A stretch of 64,000 nt of DNA from Macrostomum lignano. Lineage: Eukaryota. Positions within the stretch are counted from its first letter, which is position 1. Every line of letters begins with the position of its first letter. The notes beneath the pieces were generated by a model. That model was not told the DNA's origin. It saw only the letters and a program-made list of their open reading frames with translations, and searched no databases. A program made the position numbers and the translations under genes. Shown here one piece after another: positions 1-12,550 of this stretch. Location of the stretch: contig NIVC01002241.1 of NCBI GenBank assembly GCA_002269645.1, positions 1 through 64,000 of the forward strand, written 5' to 3'.

Positions 1-95
1 TAGCTGCAGGGCGGTCCGAAGACGCAGCGGGGAGGCGAGCGTCGCCCATTCCGCTAATCCCTGAAAGACCCGCATAGGCTAGGGCGCGGGGCCGG

Positions 96-3000
96 TCAGG
101 GAGGTCTGCCGGTCCTGTCTGCAGCGTTGTCTTCGGTGGGGAAGACGGAGGCTCGCTTGGTGGCCCGGAGGAACCGGATGAGCCGTGGGATGTTCTCGGG
201 CCGGCAAACGTCGTCCAGGGACGGGTTGGGCCCGAGGTGGTTGAGCCGGTCTCGGTTGAAGGCCGGGCAGTAGCAGACGAAGTGCATGGCATCTTCATTC
301 TCGAGGCTGCAGAAGGGGCAGAGTTCACTCCGGCGAACACATCGGAGGAAGCAGTGCCTGGCAAAGCAACCGTGACCTGTGAAGGTCATAGTGAGAGCGC
401 GGATATCTTTTCGATTTTGATTCAAAAGGATTCTCCGCAGCTTGAGGGACGGATTGGGCACTGCCGCACGAGATTGGCGGCAGTTGGAGATACCATCCCA
501 TCTGCGCAAGTGCAGGATGTCCGCCCAGTCGTTAATCTGACGATTAATGACTGTGGCGGGGATGGGGCCAGGGCACGGGGCAAGGGCGAGCCGGAACAGC
601 CCGCCTTAGCGAGGGAGTCGGCGAGCTCGTTACCTTTGAAGCCGGCGTGTCCTGGGATCCACGTGAGCCGGACGGTGTTCCTCCGAGCCAGCTTGTTGAG
701 CTGCCCGATACAGTCGCGGACTGTTCGGGAGTTCGTAGTGGTGTGACACAGGGCCTGTAAAGCGGCCTGGCTGTCAGAGTGGAAGAAGATTCTTCTGTCC
801 TTGAAGTCCTTGCGGTGGAGCTCAGCTGCACAGGAGCTGATGGCAAGGACTTCATTCTGGAAGACGCTGGAGAGTCTGCCAGTGTGTTGGGCGTGAGTAG
901 CAATCACGCGGCCGTTGATAAGGATACAGACTCCAAAGCCGGATAAACCGTCTTTGGAGGATCCGTCAGTGAAGCAGTGAACCTCCTGAGGGGCCCAGCT
1001 GTCGTTGGCGTTCTCCCTGGAGGGGATCGTGACCTTGAAGCGTTGGTAGAGATTGAGGGAGCGCGGTTCAGCGTCCGAAAGGACAGCCGCACTCCCACTC
1101 TCCTCCAGAACTTTAAGGCACAGGTCAGAGTGCGGCAGGAGCTTGCGCTTCGCCATCGCTCTTTGTGGCTTGAAGCTAACACCAGCCTCGATGAGCCGGC
1201 GGGTGGTTTTAGCAGCCTCGCGACGGACAAAGATGTCCAGAGGCGGGAGGCAGAGAAAGGCGTTGAGGCCGTCAAAGGGAGCAGAGAGCGGGGCATTCAG
1301 GATCATGCGGCACGCACGTCCCTGCACCTTTTTGAGGGCTTCGTGGCAGGTTTTAATCTGCAAGGCGCTGGTCCAGACCAGACCGGCGTAAGTAACGGCC
1401 GGTCGGACCATTGCGGTATAGGTCCACCAGAGCCGTTTCGGGGTGAGGCCCCAGGTGGTGCCGACGGCTCTGCGCAGCTGCGCAAGAATCGCGAGGGCTT
1501 TTTTGGTTTTGGCCTGGACGTGGGTGGACCAGCTCAGCCGGTGGTCCAGCGTAACGCCGAGACACTTGGTTTGCTTGCAGGATGGAATTTCCACCCCGTA
1601 AAGCTTTAGTGGGCGAATACGCCAGTTAACCCTGCTGGTGAACATGATCGCGACAGTTTTGGTCTCGGAGAGCCTGAGGCCGCACCTGTCCGCCCAACGT
1701 TCAGCAGAGCGAATGAAGTTTTGCAGAAGATCTCTAAGGGTTTCAGGTGACGGTCCGGATGCCACGGCTGTGACATCATCGGCGTAACCGACCTTGAGGA
1801 TGGGGTCAAGATGGCTGTCCTGGAGGAGCTCATCGATGACCATGTTCCAGAGAACTGGAGAGAGGACACCGCCCTGGGGGCTGCCTTTGCAGACGGTTAC
1901 CGTCCGTTGGTGGCCCAACAGGTGTGCGGTGGCAGTACGGTGGCTGATCATATACATGATCCACCGGGTGAGGTGCGAGTGGGTTTTTCTAGCACGTAGA
2001 GCTCTGTCAAAAGCCTCAAAGAGGACATTATCAAGGCTCCAACAATGTCGAGGAAGACAGCGAGAGCGTAGCCATTACCAAGAACGGCTTTCTCCAGCAT
2101 GTCAACCAGAACGTGAAGCGCGCTCTCCGTGGACCTGCCTGCCCGAAAGGCATGCTGGTTCTCACTGAGCGGCTTGTTCTTCAGTTCCACAGAGAGGAGG
2201 CGCCAGAGCACCAGTCTCTCTAACAGCTTCACCAATGAGGAGGTGAGGCTAATTGGTCTGAAGGATTTAATGGACCGGTAGTCCGGTCGGCCAGGCTTGG
2301 GGATAAATACCACCTTGGCCTCGGTCCAGGATTTCGGAGCAAAGCCGAGCACAATGCAGGCTTTCAGAAGCCGGCAAAGGTTCCGCAGGAAACCGGTGCA
2401 TTTCACCGCCTCCCGCAGGAAGGCTGGCACAACGCCGTCCGGTCCTGGGGATTTGAAGGGTTTGAAGGAGGAGACAGCTTTAGTAACGCGGTCCTCCGTG
2501 ATGATTGAGTCAGCCAGTACGTGTCCGCCCACTGAGTGGTCAGGGGGGGGCCTGGCTGGCTCGTTCGGGAAAAACGCTGTTAGCATCGCTTCCAGTGTTT
2601 CTCCTGGGTTCTCAGTAAGCGAGCCGTCGGCTCTCTTGACTGAGGAGAGTTTGGACATTTTGTCCAGGGTGAGGGCTTTAACGATTCTGGAGGTGGGGCG
2701 GGAGCCCTCAAGTTCCTCACAGTATTCGCGCCACTTGTTGGTTTTGGCGTTCCTAACCTGCCTCTTGAACTCGTGGATAGAGTTCAGGTAGGCGGTTTGG
2801 TCGGCCGGGTTTTTAGTTTTTTGGGCCCTGCGGTGAAGCCTTTTGGCTCTGCGACGGAGGTCGCCAAGCTGCGGGTTCCACCATGGGGCCGACTGTTTGC
2901 CTTTATATGCCTTTAGTGGGCATGAGGCTTCGAAGGCAGCAGTGAGCGAGTCCGTAAGTGCGGCCGCAAATTCATCTGCTTCTTCGCAGGTGTTGATGGA

Positions 3001-3791
3001 GACTGGAGTGCTAGTGCAACGATAGGTCTCCTCCAGGGCAAGCCTGAAGGCGGTCCAGTCGGTATTCCTAGCATTCCGTTTCCAGTAAAGCTGGCCTGCG
3101 TTACGGGCGCTGGCCAGCGTGAAAGAGATGAACTTGTGATCGGAGAGGGACGCCTCAGGAAGCACCCGCCACTCCCTAGTGCTCCGGAAGAGCCTGGGCG
3201 TGGCGAGGGTGGCATCCAGCACCTCCGATCGGCGTCCGTTATTGAAGGTAGGGGTACTACCCGAGTTACAGAACTCAAGGGTTGTAGTAGCAATATAAGC
3301 CAGGAAGTCTTCACCTCTCTGGTTTATATCAGAACTGCCCCAGTGGGTGTGGTGGGCATTGATGTCACCTGCCACGAGCAGCTCATAGTTTCTGGTGGAG
3401 CAGAGCTCGACCAGTGTGACAAGCTCTACTGGGATCATCTCGCCGTCGCCCGGTAGGTAAACCGAGGCGATGAGGGTAGTCCTCCCAGGGAGTATGTCTT
3501 CAGACTGGATGACACAGATGTCCCTGGTGGACAGGTCTGATCTGAGCCATGCGTTAATAGAACTGGACACCATGATGCAGGATCTTGGTGCCAGGTTTCC
3601 CTCCCGGGTACCAGCGGTTAAACACTGGTAGCCGGTGGGGACATGTTGGGGCTGCCCCTAAGCGTCCAAGGTTCCTGGATAAGGATAATCCCTGGCACGT
3701 ATTGGTCAGTGTGCTTCAAGAGGTTGACTGAAGCAGCAATGCTGTGCTGCAGGTTGACCTGCAAGCAGTGGATGCCCTGGGAGACAGTCAT
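96..3791 (-). CDS. Retrotransposon ORF2 (APE endonuclease, reverse transcriptase, RNase H, CCHC-like finger), about 1230 aa, with three single-base frameshifts
   Basis: ATG at 3791: MTVSQGIHCLQVNLQHS..ILIQEPW. Motifs include AGDINAHH, SDHKFISF, KSPGPDG, FRPISLTS, QHAFRAGRST, PQGGVLSP, YADD, FTDGS, SDSQAAL, WIPGHAGFKGNELADSLAK and CPFCSLENEDAMHFVCYCP. Frameshifts at about 3646-3651, 2033-2034 and 564-567. Confidence 0.9.
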
Positions 3792-3793
3792 GT

Positions 3794-4170
3794 CTACTGT
3801 CCAGGGGAGGAGAAAAGCAACTCATTCTCAGCCTCATCGGTGAGAGTTGAGTCGCCAATTTCCATTGGCTCAGGCTCAGCCGCCTCCCCAGCCGCCGCGG
3901 AGGCGGACACGGCGCCCACGGCAGGTGAGTCACCTAGCCGCGCTACACCGCCCTCCTCCCCAGCGACTGGGGTACGGCTGCTGCCTTCGCCTTGCGCCCC
4001 GCCGTCGGGAGTCTGAGCTCGGCCGGCAGCGTCCTCCTGGTGGTAATCCCACCAGTTGGAAGGCTGAGCCGTGCCGTCGTCCAGTTCCCTCGGCTGGCTT
4101 TCAGTGTTTTTCGAGCGGCACGAGTCTGCTCCGTAGCCTCCGTAGCCTTACGGATAGCATCCGTAGCCTT
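3794..4170 (-). pseudogene. C-terminal remnant of retrotransposon ORF1
   Basis: Acidic low-complexity frame ending ..EPEPMEIGDSTLTDEAENELLFSSPGQ*. Its TAG lies 2 nt before the ORF2 ATG (TAG AC ATG). Confidence 0.6.
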
Positions 4171-4497
4171 ATTTTTTCTTGTTATAAATTTTTCATGTGT
4201 CTATTTTTTATGTATTTTCCATAAAAACGTTTACACTTTTCTAAATGGTTTATATTAAACGGTTTACCCATATAAAGCAGACAATAATCATAATAAATAT
4301 TCTCTGTTCAGGTATTCAAGTATAAAATTTAATTGCATTGAAGTAAGTGCTGATAACTTTGCTAAGTGTTTGGCAGTTATCAACTTCAGTGTCTCAATGC
4401 CGCATATTTACATTCTGCATTTAACCTGGTTCGCTGCATCAAGTGCGCAATTAAACTTTACCGCGGCCTCTGGCCACCCCCCCCTCCCGCATGCCAG

Positions 4498-7400
4498 CGC
4501 AAGTCGAAGGGTTTCGCCTACGCTGATCCAAGAATGCTGCAGGAGAGTCTTAGCAAACGGGTGAGGGGCTTGTCCATAATTCATGCCTACCGACTAACTC
4601 TGTAGGCTGTTAGTTACATATTCGAAGCCATTTTTTGCAGAAAAGTCGCCTGTCTCAAGCCTCCAATGAGGATCAGCCAAGGGTGAGTAAATTTACTTGC
4701 TGAGACCTGCTTATAGCTTCCAGCTAAAAAAACATTTCAGCTGCTTTTTCGTGCGATTGCTCAATTAGGCTGCTTTCACTGTCTCAAAATTGAAGCATAT
4801 GAATAATTGTCCCAACACAATTTTGGATCGGGTTTGTGTTCAAATTGGGAGTTGCAGCGACTGTGTGTCACAGTGCTCAGTCTGTGTGTCAGAGTGCTCA
4901 GTCTAGGTGTGTCACAGTGCTCAGCCTGTGTGTGTCAGAGTGATCAGTCTGTATGTCAGAGTGCTCAGTCTGTGTGTGTGTCAGTGCTCAGTCTGTGTGT
5001 GAGAGTGCTCAGTCTAAGTGTATCAGAGTGCTCAGTCTGTGTGTGTATCAGAGTGCTCAGTCTGTGTCAAAGTGCTCAGCCTGTGTGTGTGTCAGAGTGA
5101 TCAGTCTGTATGTCAGAGTGCTCAGTCTGTGTGTGTGTCAGAGTGCTCAGTCTGTGTGTCAGAGTGCTCAGTCTGTGTGTGTGTCACAGTGCTCATTCTG
5201 TGTGTGTGTGTCAGAGTGCTCAGCCTGTGTGTGTCAGAGTGCTCAGCCTGTGTGTGTGTCAGAGTGCTCAGTCTGTGTGTGTGTCACAGTGCTCAGTCTG
5301 TGTGTGTGTGTCAGAGTGCTCAGCCTGTGTGTGTCAGAGTGCTCAGCCTGTGTGTGTGTCAGAGTGCTCAGCCTGTGTGTGTCAGAGTGCTCAGTCTGTG
5401 TATCAGAGTGCTCAGCCTGTGTGTGTGTCAGAGCGCTCAGTCTGTGTATCAGAGTGCTCAGTCTGTGTGTGTGTGTCACAGTGCTCAGCCTGTGTGTGTG
5501 TCAGAGTGCTCAGTCTGTGTATCAGAGTGCTCAGCCTGTGTGTGTGTCAGAGTGCTCAGTCTGTGTGTGTCAGAGTGCTCAGCCTAAGTGTGTCAGAGTG
5601 CTCAGGCTGTGTGTGTCGGAGTACTCAGCATTGCTCATATCTTTGCGATAATGTCACCATCATCTCCTTCCCCATGCTTCTCGTGCAGCCTCGCATTAGT
5701 TTAGTTGCTGTGCATCTCTCAGCTATTGCAGTTTCTCTCCTTCCTTCTTGTATTTCTGCCTGTCTATCCGACTCAGTGCCCAGCAGCACGCCCAGCCCGA
5801 CGTCTCGGGTTTCCTGACTAATGCCAATTGTGCGTGACGCGGACTTTGATTTTAGCAGCAGAATATTTATCAAGCCAAGTTCATCATTTTTGTAGTCGGG
5901 CGCGGAGCATGGCAGCCACGAGCATCATCGGGGCGTCCAGCATCATCGGGGCGCTCGGGGCGGCTTTCTGGAGAGCGGCGAGCCGACTGTGTCTGTGCGG
6001 GAGACCCGGACTGAGGTGAGGCGGCCCGGGGCTCTGTTCTTGAGCTTTCAGGTTCAGAGATTCAGAGAGGGGAGATTCAGAGAGGGAGATTCAGAGAGGG
6101 AGATTCAGAGAGGGGAGATTCAGAGAGGGAGATTCAGAGAGGGAGATTCAGAGAGGGGAGATTCAGAGAGGGGGAGATTCAGAGAGGGGAGATTCAGAGA
6201 GGGGAGATTCAGAGAGGGAGATTCAGAGAGGGGAGATTCAGAGAGGGAGATTCAGAGGGGAGATTCAGAGAGGGAGATTCAGAGGGGAGATTCAGAGAGG
6301 GGAGATTCAGAGAGGGGAGATTCAGAGAGGGGAGATTCAGAGAGGGAGATTCAGAGGGGAGATTCAGAGAGGGGAGATTCAGAGAGGGGAGATTCAGAGA
6401 GGGGAGATTCAAAGAGGGGAGATTCAGAGAGGGGGAGATTCAGAGGGGAGATTCAGAGGGGAGATTCAGAGAAGGGGAGATTCAGAGAGGGGGAGATTCA
6501 GAGAGGGGAGATTCAGAGAGGGAGATTCAGAGGGGAGATTCAGAGAGGGAGAGATTCAGAGAGGGGAGATTCAGAGAGGGGAGATTCAGAGAGGGGAGAT
6601 TCAGAGAGGAGAGATTCAGAGAGGGGAAGATTCAGGTCGGGGAGATTCAGAGAGGGGGAGATTCAGAGGGGGATTCAGATGGGAGATTCAGAGAGGGAAA
6701 GATTCAGGTCGGGGAGATTCAGAGAGGGGGAGATTCAGAGGGGGGAGATTCAGAGAAGGGGAGATTCAGAGAGGGGGAGATTCAGAGGGGGGAGATTCAG
6801 AGAAGGGGAGATTCAGAGAGGGGGAGATTCAGAGGGGAGATTCAGAGGGGAGATTCAGGTCGGGGAGATTTAGAGAGGGGGAGATTCAGAGGGGGGAGAT
6901 TCAGAGAAGGGGAGATTCAGAGAGGGGGAGATTCAGAGGGGGGAGATTCAGAGAAGGGGAGATTCAGAGAGGGGGAGATTCAGAGGGGAGATTCAGAGGG
7001 GAGATTCAGAGGGGAGATTCAGAGAGGGGAGATTCAGAGGGGAGATTCAGAGAGGGGGAGATTCAGAGAGGGGATATTCAGAGAGGGGGAGATTCAGAGA
7101 GGGGAGATTCAGAGAGGGGAGATTCAGAGAGGGGAGATTCAGAGAGGGGGAGATTCAGGTCGGGGAGATTCAGAGAGGGGGAGATTCAGAGAGGGGAGAT
7201 TCAGAGAGGGGGAGATTCAGGTCGGGGAGATTCAGAGAGGGGGAGATTCAGAGAGGGGGAGATTCAGAGTGGAGATTCAGAGAGGGGAGATTCAGAGAGG
7301 CGGAGAGATTAAAATAGGGGGATGGGAGAGATTTAGAGAGAGGTTTTTAAGAGTAACTTTTATAGCCTCTGTTTATGTAATCATAATCATCAATTGTTTA

Positions 7401-10400
7401 ATTATGCTTGTCGTTCACAAAAATTATATTAAAAACTTTACCTTTTGAGCGTTGTTCGTTTCACAAAATCAATCAATTTAAACAAATCGTGCACTCTACT
7501 CGAAATCATCATTAAATAGAATTTTCACTCAATACTACTGTAAAAGTAGCATGTTCAGTAGTAGAGAGGCAATTTCAATATGAATTCGGATATGAAAACG
7601 CAGTGAAATAAAATGATTTCTGATTTTGTTCATCCCGCACTCACAAAATAGCAATCCGGCGATGAGGATTACTGCCTGTACGATGACAGCTTGGCCAAGC
7701 CTACGGCTATCCCACCGTGCCCATGGACTGCTGCGCCAGGGACAGCTATCCCAGTCATCACCACCATCTGGACCTGCAGCCTACGGAGAAAACCTATGTT
7801 ACTCACGTAGGCTGGCGCGGTTTTCTGCTTTGGAGTGGACGGGGCTTTTTGGGGCGATTGGGACGAGATTGGGAGAAATGAGATGGGATTTCTGAGATAA
7901 AAAGAAATGGGATGGGATTTCTGAGATGGGCCGAAATGGGAAGGGATTCCCGAGATTGGGAGAAATGACATAATTTCTGAGATGGGGAGAAATGACATGG
8001 GATTTCTGAGATGGGGAGAAATGGGAAGGGATTTCTGAGATGGGGAGAAATGGGAAGGGATTCCCGAGATTGGGAGAAATGACATAATTTCTGAGATGGG
8101 GAGAAATGACATGGGATTTCTGAGATGGGGAGAAATGGGAAGGGATTTCTGAGATGGGGAGAAATGGGAAGGGATTCCCGAGATTGGGAGAAATGACATA
8201 ATTTCTGAGATGGGGAGAAATGACATGGGATTTCTGAGATGGGGAGAAATGGGAAGGGATTTCTGAGATGGGGAGAAATGGGAAGGGATTTCTGAGATGG
8301 GGAGAAATGACATGGGATTTCTGAGATGGGGAGAAATGACATGCGATTTCTGAGATGGGGAGAAATGGCATGGGATTTCTGAGATGGGGAGAAATGACAT
8401 GCGATTTCTGAGATGAGGAGAAATGATATGGGATTTCTGAGATGAGGAGAAATGAGAAGGGATATCTGAGATTGGGATAAATGAGAAGGGATATCTGAGA
8501 TTGGGATAAATGGGAAGGGATTTCTGAGATGTGGAGAAATAGAATGGGATTTCTGAGATGTGGAGAAATAGAATGGGATTTCTGAGATGAGGAGAAATGA
8601 CATGGGATTTCTGACATGAAGAGAAATAGAATTGGATTTCTGAGATGGGGAAGCAGTGGGTAAGTAAAGTGTTGATCACCGTTCCCTTATTAATTTTTTG
8701 CATTGTCGTAGTTTCTGCATGCCTCTTCAGCAGTTCTTCAGCTTGCTATTCGGCAGTGTAAGCCATTAGCCAATAACAGCACCTTTCAGTGTTTTCGATT
8801 CACTTAATATAAGACTGAGCCTGTCAGATAAACAGTGAGTCTGTCAGATAGGCAGTGAGCCTGTCAGACAGGCAGTGAGTCTGTCAGATAGGCAGTGAGC
8901 CTGTCAGATAAACAGTGAGTCTGTCAGATAAACAGTGAGTCTGTCAGAAAAACAGTGAGCCTGTCAGATAAACAGTGAGTCTGTCAGATAGATAGTGAGT
9001 CTGTCAGATAGGCAGTGAGTCTGTCAGATAGGCAGTGAGTCTGTCAGATAAACAGTGAGCCTGTCAGATAGATAGTGAGTCTGTCAGATAGACAGTGAGC
9101 CTGTCATATAGGCAATGAGCTTGTCAGATAGACAGTGAGCCCGTCAGATTGATAGTGAGTCTGTCAGATAGGCAGTGAGTCTGTCAGATAGGCAATGAGC
9201 CTGTCAGATAGACAGTGAGCCTGTCAGATTAATAGTTAGTCTGTCAGATAGACAGTGAGCCTGTCAGATTGATAGTGAGTCTGTCAGATAGGCAGTGAGC
9301 CTTTCAGATAGGCAATGAGCCTGTCAGACAAGCGGTGGCCGAGTTCAGAGTGGTCAGGTCATTTTTTACCTTCCAAAATTCAGAGCGAAGAGATCGGCGA
9401 GCCCGAAGAAGAGGTCATGACCTTCACAGACGAGCACGGGAGCCGAATCACCAAGAAGGTGGTTCGCAGGCGCCAGGTTCGAAAAGTGATCACCAACAAG
9501 GTTGTCGAATCGCACGCGACCCACGGACCGCCCTGCTTCGACACTCACAGCGGAGGCGGCGGTGAGGGCGCCGGAGACGGCGGAGGTCCGCTCTTGGAGA
9601 GAACGGTGAGTGTGTGTTTCTACCCAGTACAAAACTGGCACTGATTCTCATTTACTTTCTTTTCCTGCATCATTTCTATTGCTCGCTTTCAATTCCCATT
9701 CAGATTAACGGGGTGCCCGAGGTGCGGCGGGAGACGCGAATTACACGGCGAAATCTGGTGATCTCCGGGGAGGGCGAGGACGAATCGGTGAGGCCGGGCT
9801 GGAGGGGTCGGTGGGATGGGGCGGCTTTGAAATTGGGGAGGCGGATGAAGATCAGGAAGCTGGGAGTGAGAGGGAGAGTAGAGAGATGAAGGAGGGAGAG
9901 GGAGATTAGTGAAGCGGAAAGGAAGGAGAGGAGGGGAGAGAGGAAAGGGGAGAGAGGGAGAGAGGAAAGGGGAGAGGAAAGGGGAGAGAGGGAGAGAGGA
10001 GGGGAGAGATGAGGGGGAGAGAGGAGAGGAGGAGAAGAGAGAGGAAAGGGGAGAGAAGGAGAGAGGAGGAGAAGAGAGGAAAGGGGAGAGAGGGAGAGAG
10101 GAGGGGAGAGATGAGGGGGAGAGAGGAGAGGAGGAGAAGAGAGAGGAAAGGGGAGAGGAGAGAGGAGGAGAAGAGAGGAAAGGGGAGAGAAGGAGAGAGG
10201 AGGAGAAGAGAGGAAAGGGGAGAGAAGGAGAGAGGAGGAGAAGAGAGGAAAGGGGAGAGAAGGAGAGAGGAGGAGAAGAGAGGAAAGGGGAGAGAAGGAG
10301 AGAGGAGGAGAAGAGAGGAAAGGGGAGAGAGGGAGAGAGGAGGGGAGAGATGAGAGGGAGAGAGGAGAGGGGAGAGAGGGAGATAGGAGGGGAGAGAGGA

Positions 10401-10697
10401 AAGGGGAGAGAAGGAGAGAGGAAAGGGAGAGAGGAGAGGAGGAGAAGAGATAGGAAAGGGAGAGAGAAGAGAGCGAAGAAGTTACATGTATGCAAGAAAA
10501 GGAAAGGAGGGTGCAGGAATAAGAGATTAAGTCGTCATTGGGTAGGAAAAGGCATCGCAGGAATAATAGGAGCTGGCATGAAGAGTAAAATCGATAATCC
10601 GGAATCGATGACAAAGGAATAAAAAATTAGCCAATAAAATTGCTTCGATTGAATTGGTCATTTTTAGAAGATTGATGATGAAGAGCCTCATCAATGA
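4498..10697 (+). CDS. 3' exons of an ankyrin-like gene (C-terminal regulatory region); upstream exons probably outside the window
   Basis: Seven AG/GT-bounded phase-0 exons join in frame: 4498-4560, 4641-4682, 5896-6015, 7652-7806 (155 nt, one base missing at about 7691), 9384-9605, 9704-9787 and 10668-10697 (stop). Exon 9384-9605 encodes FTDEHGSRITKKVVRR, resembling the ANK1/ANK2 C-terminal motif as recalled. The exon structure is more certain than the product name. Confidence 0.6.
4860..5625. repeat. Minisatellite, about 22-28 bp (GTGCTCAGTC(TG)nTCAGA)
   Basis: Visible tandem array in an intron of the ankyrin-like gene. Confidence 0.95.
6052..7300. repeat. Minisatellite, 15-17 bp (GAGATTCAGAGAGGG)
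   Basis: Visible intronic tandem array. Confidence 0.95.
7860..8650. repeat. Minisatellite of about 29 bp with a 114-bp higher-order unit
   Basis: The variant TTCCCGAG recurs at 7947, 8061 and 8175. Confidence 0.9.
8815..9335. repeat. Minisatellite, 20 bp (CAGTGAGTCTGTCAGATAGG)
   Basis: About 26 tandem units. Confidence 0.95.
9890..10480. repeat. Polypurine GA-rich low-complexity tract
   Basis: Almost exclusively G/A on the + strand, intronic. Confidence 0.95.
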
Positions 10698-10899
10698 GTA
10701 AGTTCTCGTCTGCGGAGTAAGTCTGCGGCAGTGTTGTCTAATATTTAGTCCACCTCTGCTGCTGCTGCAACCCCGTAGATGTTTCGGACGCGATTGAGTC
10801 TCTGTTTAGTCTCAATAGCTGTTTCATTTTTCTATAACTAACCGTTTATCCACTGGCATTAAACACAACAATTAAAATACTTTGAAATCTAAATCGGCA

Positions 10900-11520
10900 C
10901 ACCTGACACCCTAAATAAACACACCTGACACCCTAGATAAACACACCTGACACCCTAGATAAACACACCTGACACCCTAGATAAACACACCTGACACCCT
11001 AGATAAACACACCTGACACCCTAGATAAACACACCTGACACCCTAGATAAACACACCTGACACCCTAGATAAACACTCCTGACACCCTAGATAAACACAC
11101 CTGACACCCTAAATAAACACACCTGACACCCTAGATAAACACACCTGACACTCTAAATAAACACACCTGACACCCTAAATAAACACCTGACACCAAAAAT
11201 AAACACACCTGACACCCCAAATAAACACTGATACCTAAAATAAACACACTTGACACCCTAAATAAACACACCTGACACTCTAAATAAACACACCTGACAC
11301 CCTAAATAAACACACCTGACACTCTAAATAAACACACCTAACACCCTAAATAAACACACCTGACACTCTAAATAAACACACCTAACACCCTAAATAAACA
11401 CCTGACACCAAAAATAAACACACCTGACACCCTAAGTAAACACCTGATACCTAAAATAAACACACCTGACACCCTAAATAAACACACCTGACATCCCAAA
11501 ATAAACACACCTGACAGCCC
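10900..11520. repeat. Minisatellite, 22 bp (ACACCTGACACCCTAGATAAAC)
   Basis: Visible tandem array. Confidence 0.95.
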
Positions 11521-11964
11521 AAGTCGATGGATTTCAAGTTTTGTACAAATGCAATATTAATAATTCAGATAATTAGTGTAAAAATAAGCGCAATTTTAAA
11601 CAATAACAAATCATAACAACTCAAGTTTCTAGAGTTTTCATACTCCTGAAGTACACTCAGTGTTTTTATTTAATTCCCTTTGACGCACTATTATGCAAAC
11701 AATATGTAGATTTATTTCGGCATCAAATGTATAATTTGTACATACATGTTCACATAGATTTGGCCGCACTGTTATCTGGGTCTGTACTGTCAAAGATCTG
11801 TGGACAAAACTTGTCATGTTTATTTGTTTTGTTTTTAGATGCAAGGACTTTTAGTATAAGTTTAAACCGATAGTGTCTGGACTGGGGGAGTCTGTATTTT
11901 ACACCACCGATTTTCACTGCAGGTGTCTGTTCTTGAATAATGTTATAGATTATAATCGTATAGC

Positions 11965-12410
11965 ATAACACTCATCCGAAATCTCACACTGAGAGATAAT
12001 CTCATCGGAAATCTCACGCAGCGAGATAATCTCATCGGAAATCTCACGCAGAGAGATAATCTCATCGGAAATCTCACACAGAGAGAAAAATACCATCGGA
12101 AATCTCACACAGAGAGATAATCTCATCCAGAATCTCACACAGAGAGATAATCTCATCCAGAATCTCACACAGAGAGATAATCTCATCCAGAATCTTACAC
12201 TGAGAGATAATCTCACCCAGAATCTCACACAGAGAGATAATCTCATCCAGAATCTCACACAGAGAGATAATCTCATCCAGAAACTCACACAGAGAGATAA
12301 TCTCATCCAGAATCTCACACAGAGTGATAATCTCATCCAGAATCTCACACAGAGTGATAATCTCATCCAGAATCTCACACTGAGAGATAATCTCATCCAG
12401 AATCTCACAG
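11965..12410. repeat. Minisatellite, 30 bp (GAGATAATCTCATCCAGAATCTCACACAGA)
   Basis: Visible tandem array; same family as 17478-17725. Confidence 0.95.
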
Positions 12411-12550
12411 AGATAATTACTACCCCATATAGACACGCACGCTTATCGTCCCAGGTGCTAGAAGTCCATATTACAGAGATTTCCCAATCCTATCAATACT
12501 TCACTCTACATTCCCAGCGACAATTCATTTTGAAATCTGCATTCCCGCAG

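Larger units (their letters stand above)
1..4170 (-). mobile_element. Non-LTR retrotransposon (LOA/R1/I-group type), 5'-truncated inside ORF1; 3' UTR runs off the window start
   Basis: ORF1 C-terminal remnant followed by ORF2 with APE endonuclease, RT, RNase H and a C-terminal Cys/His motif. There is an abrupt switch to AT-rich host DNA at about 4170. Confidence 0.92.
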
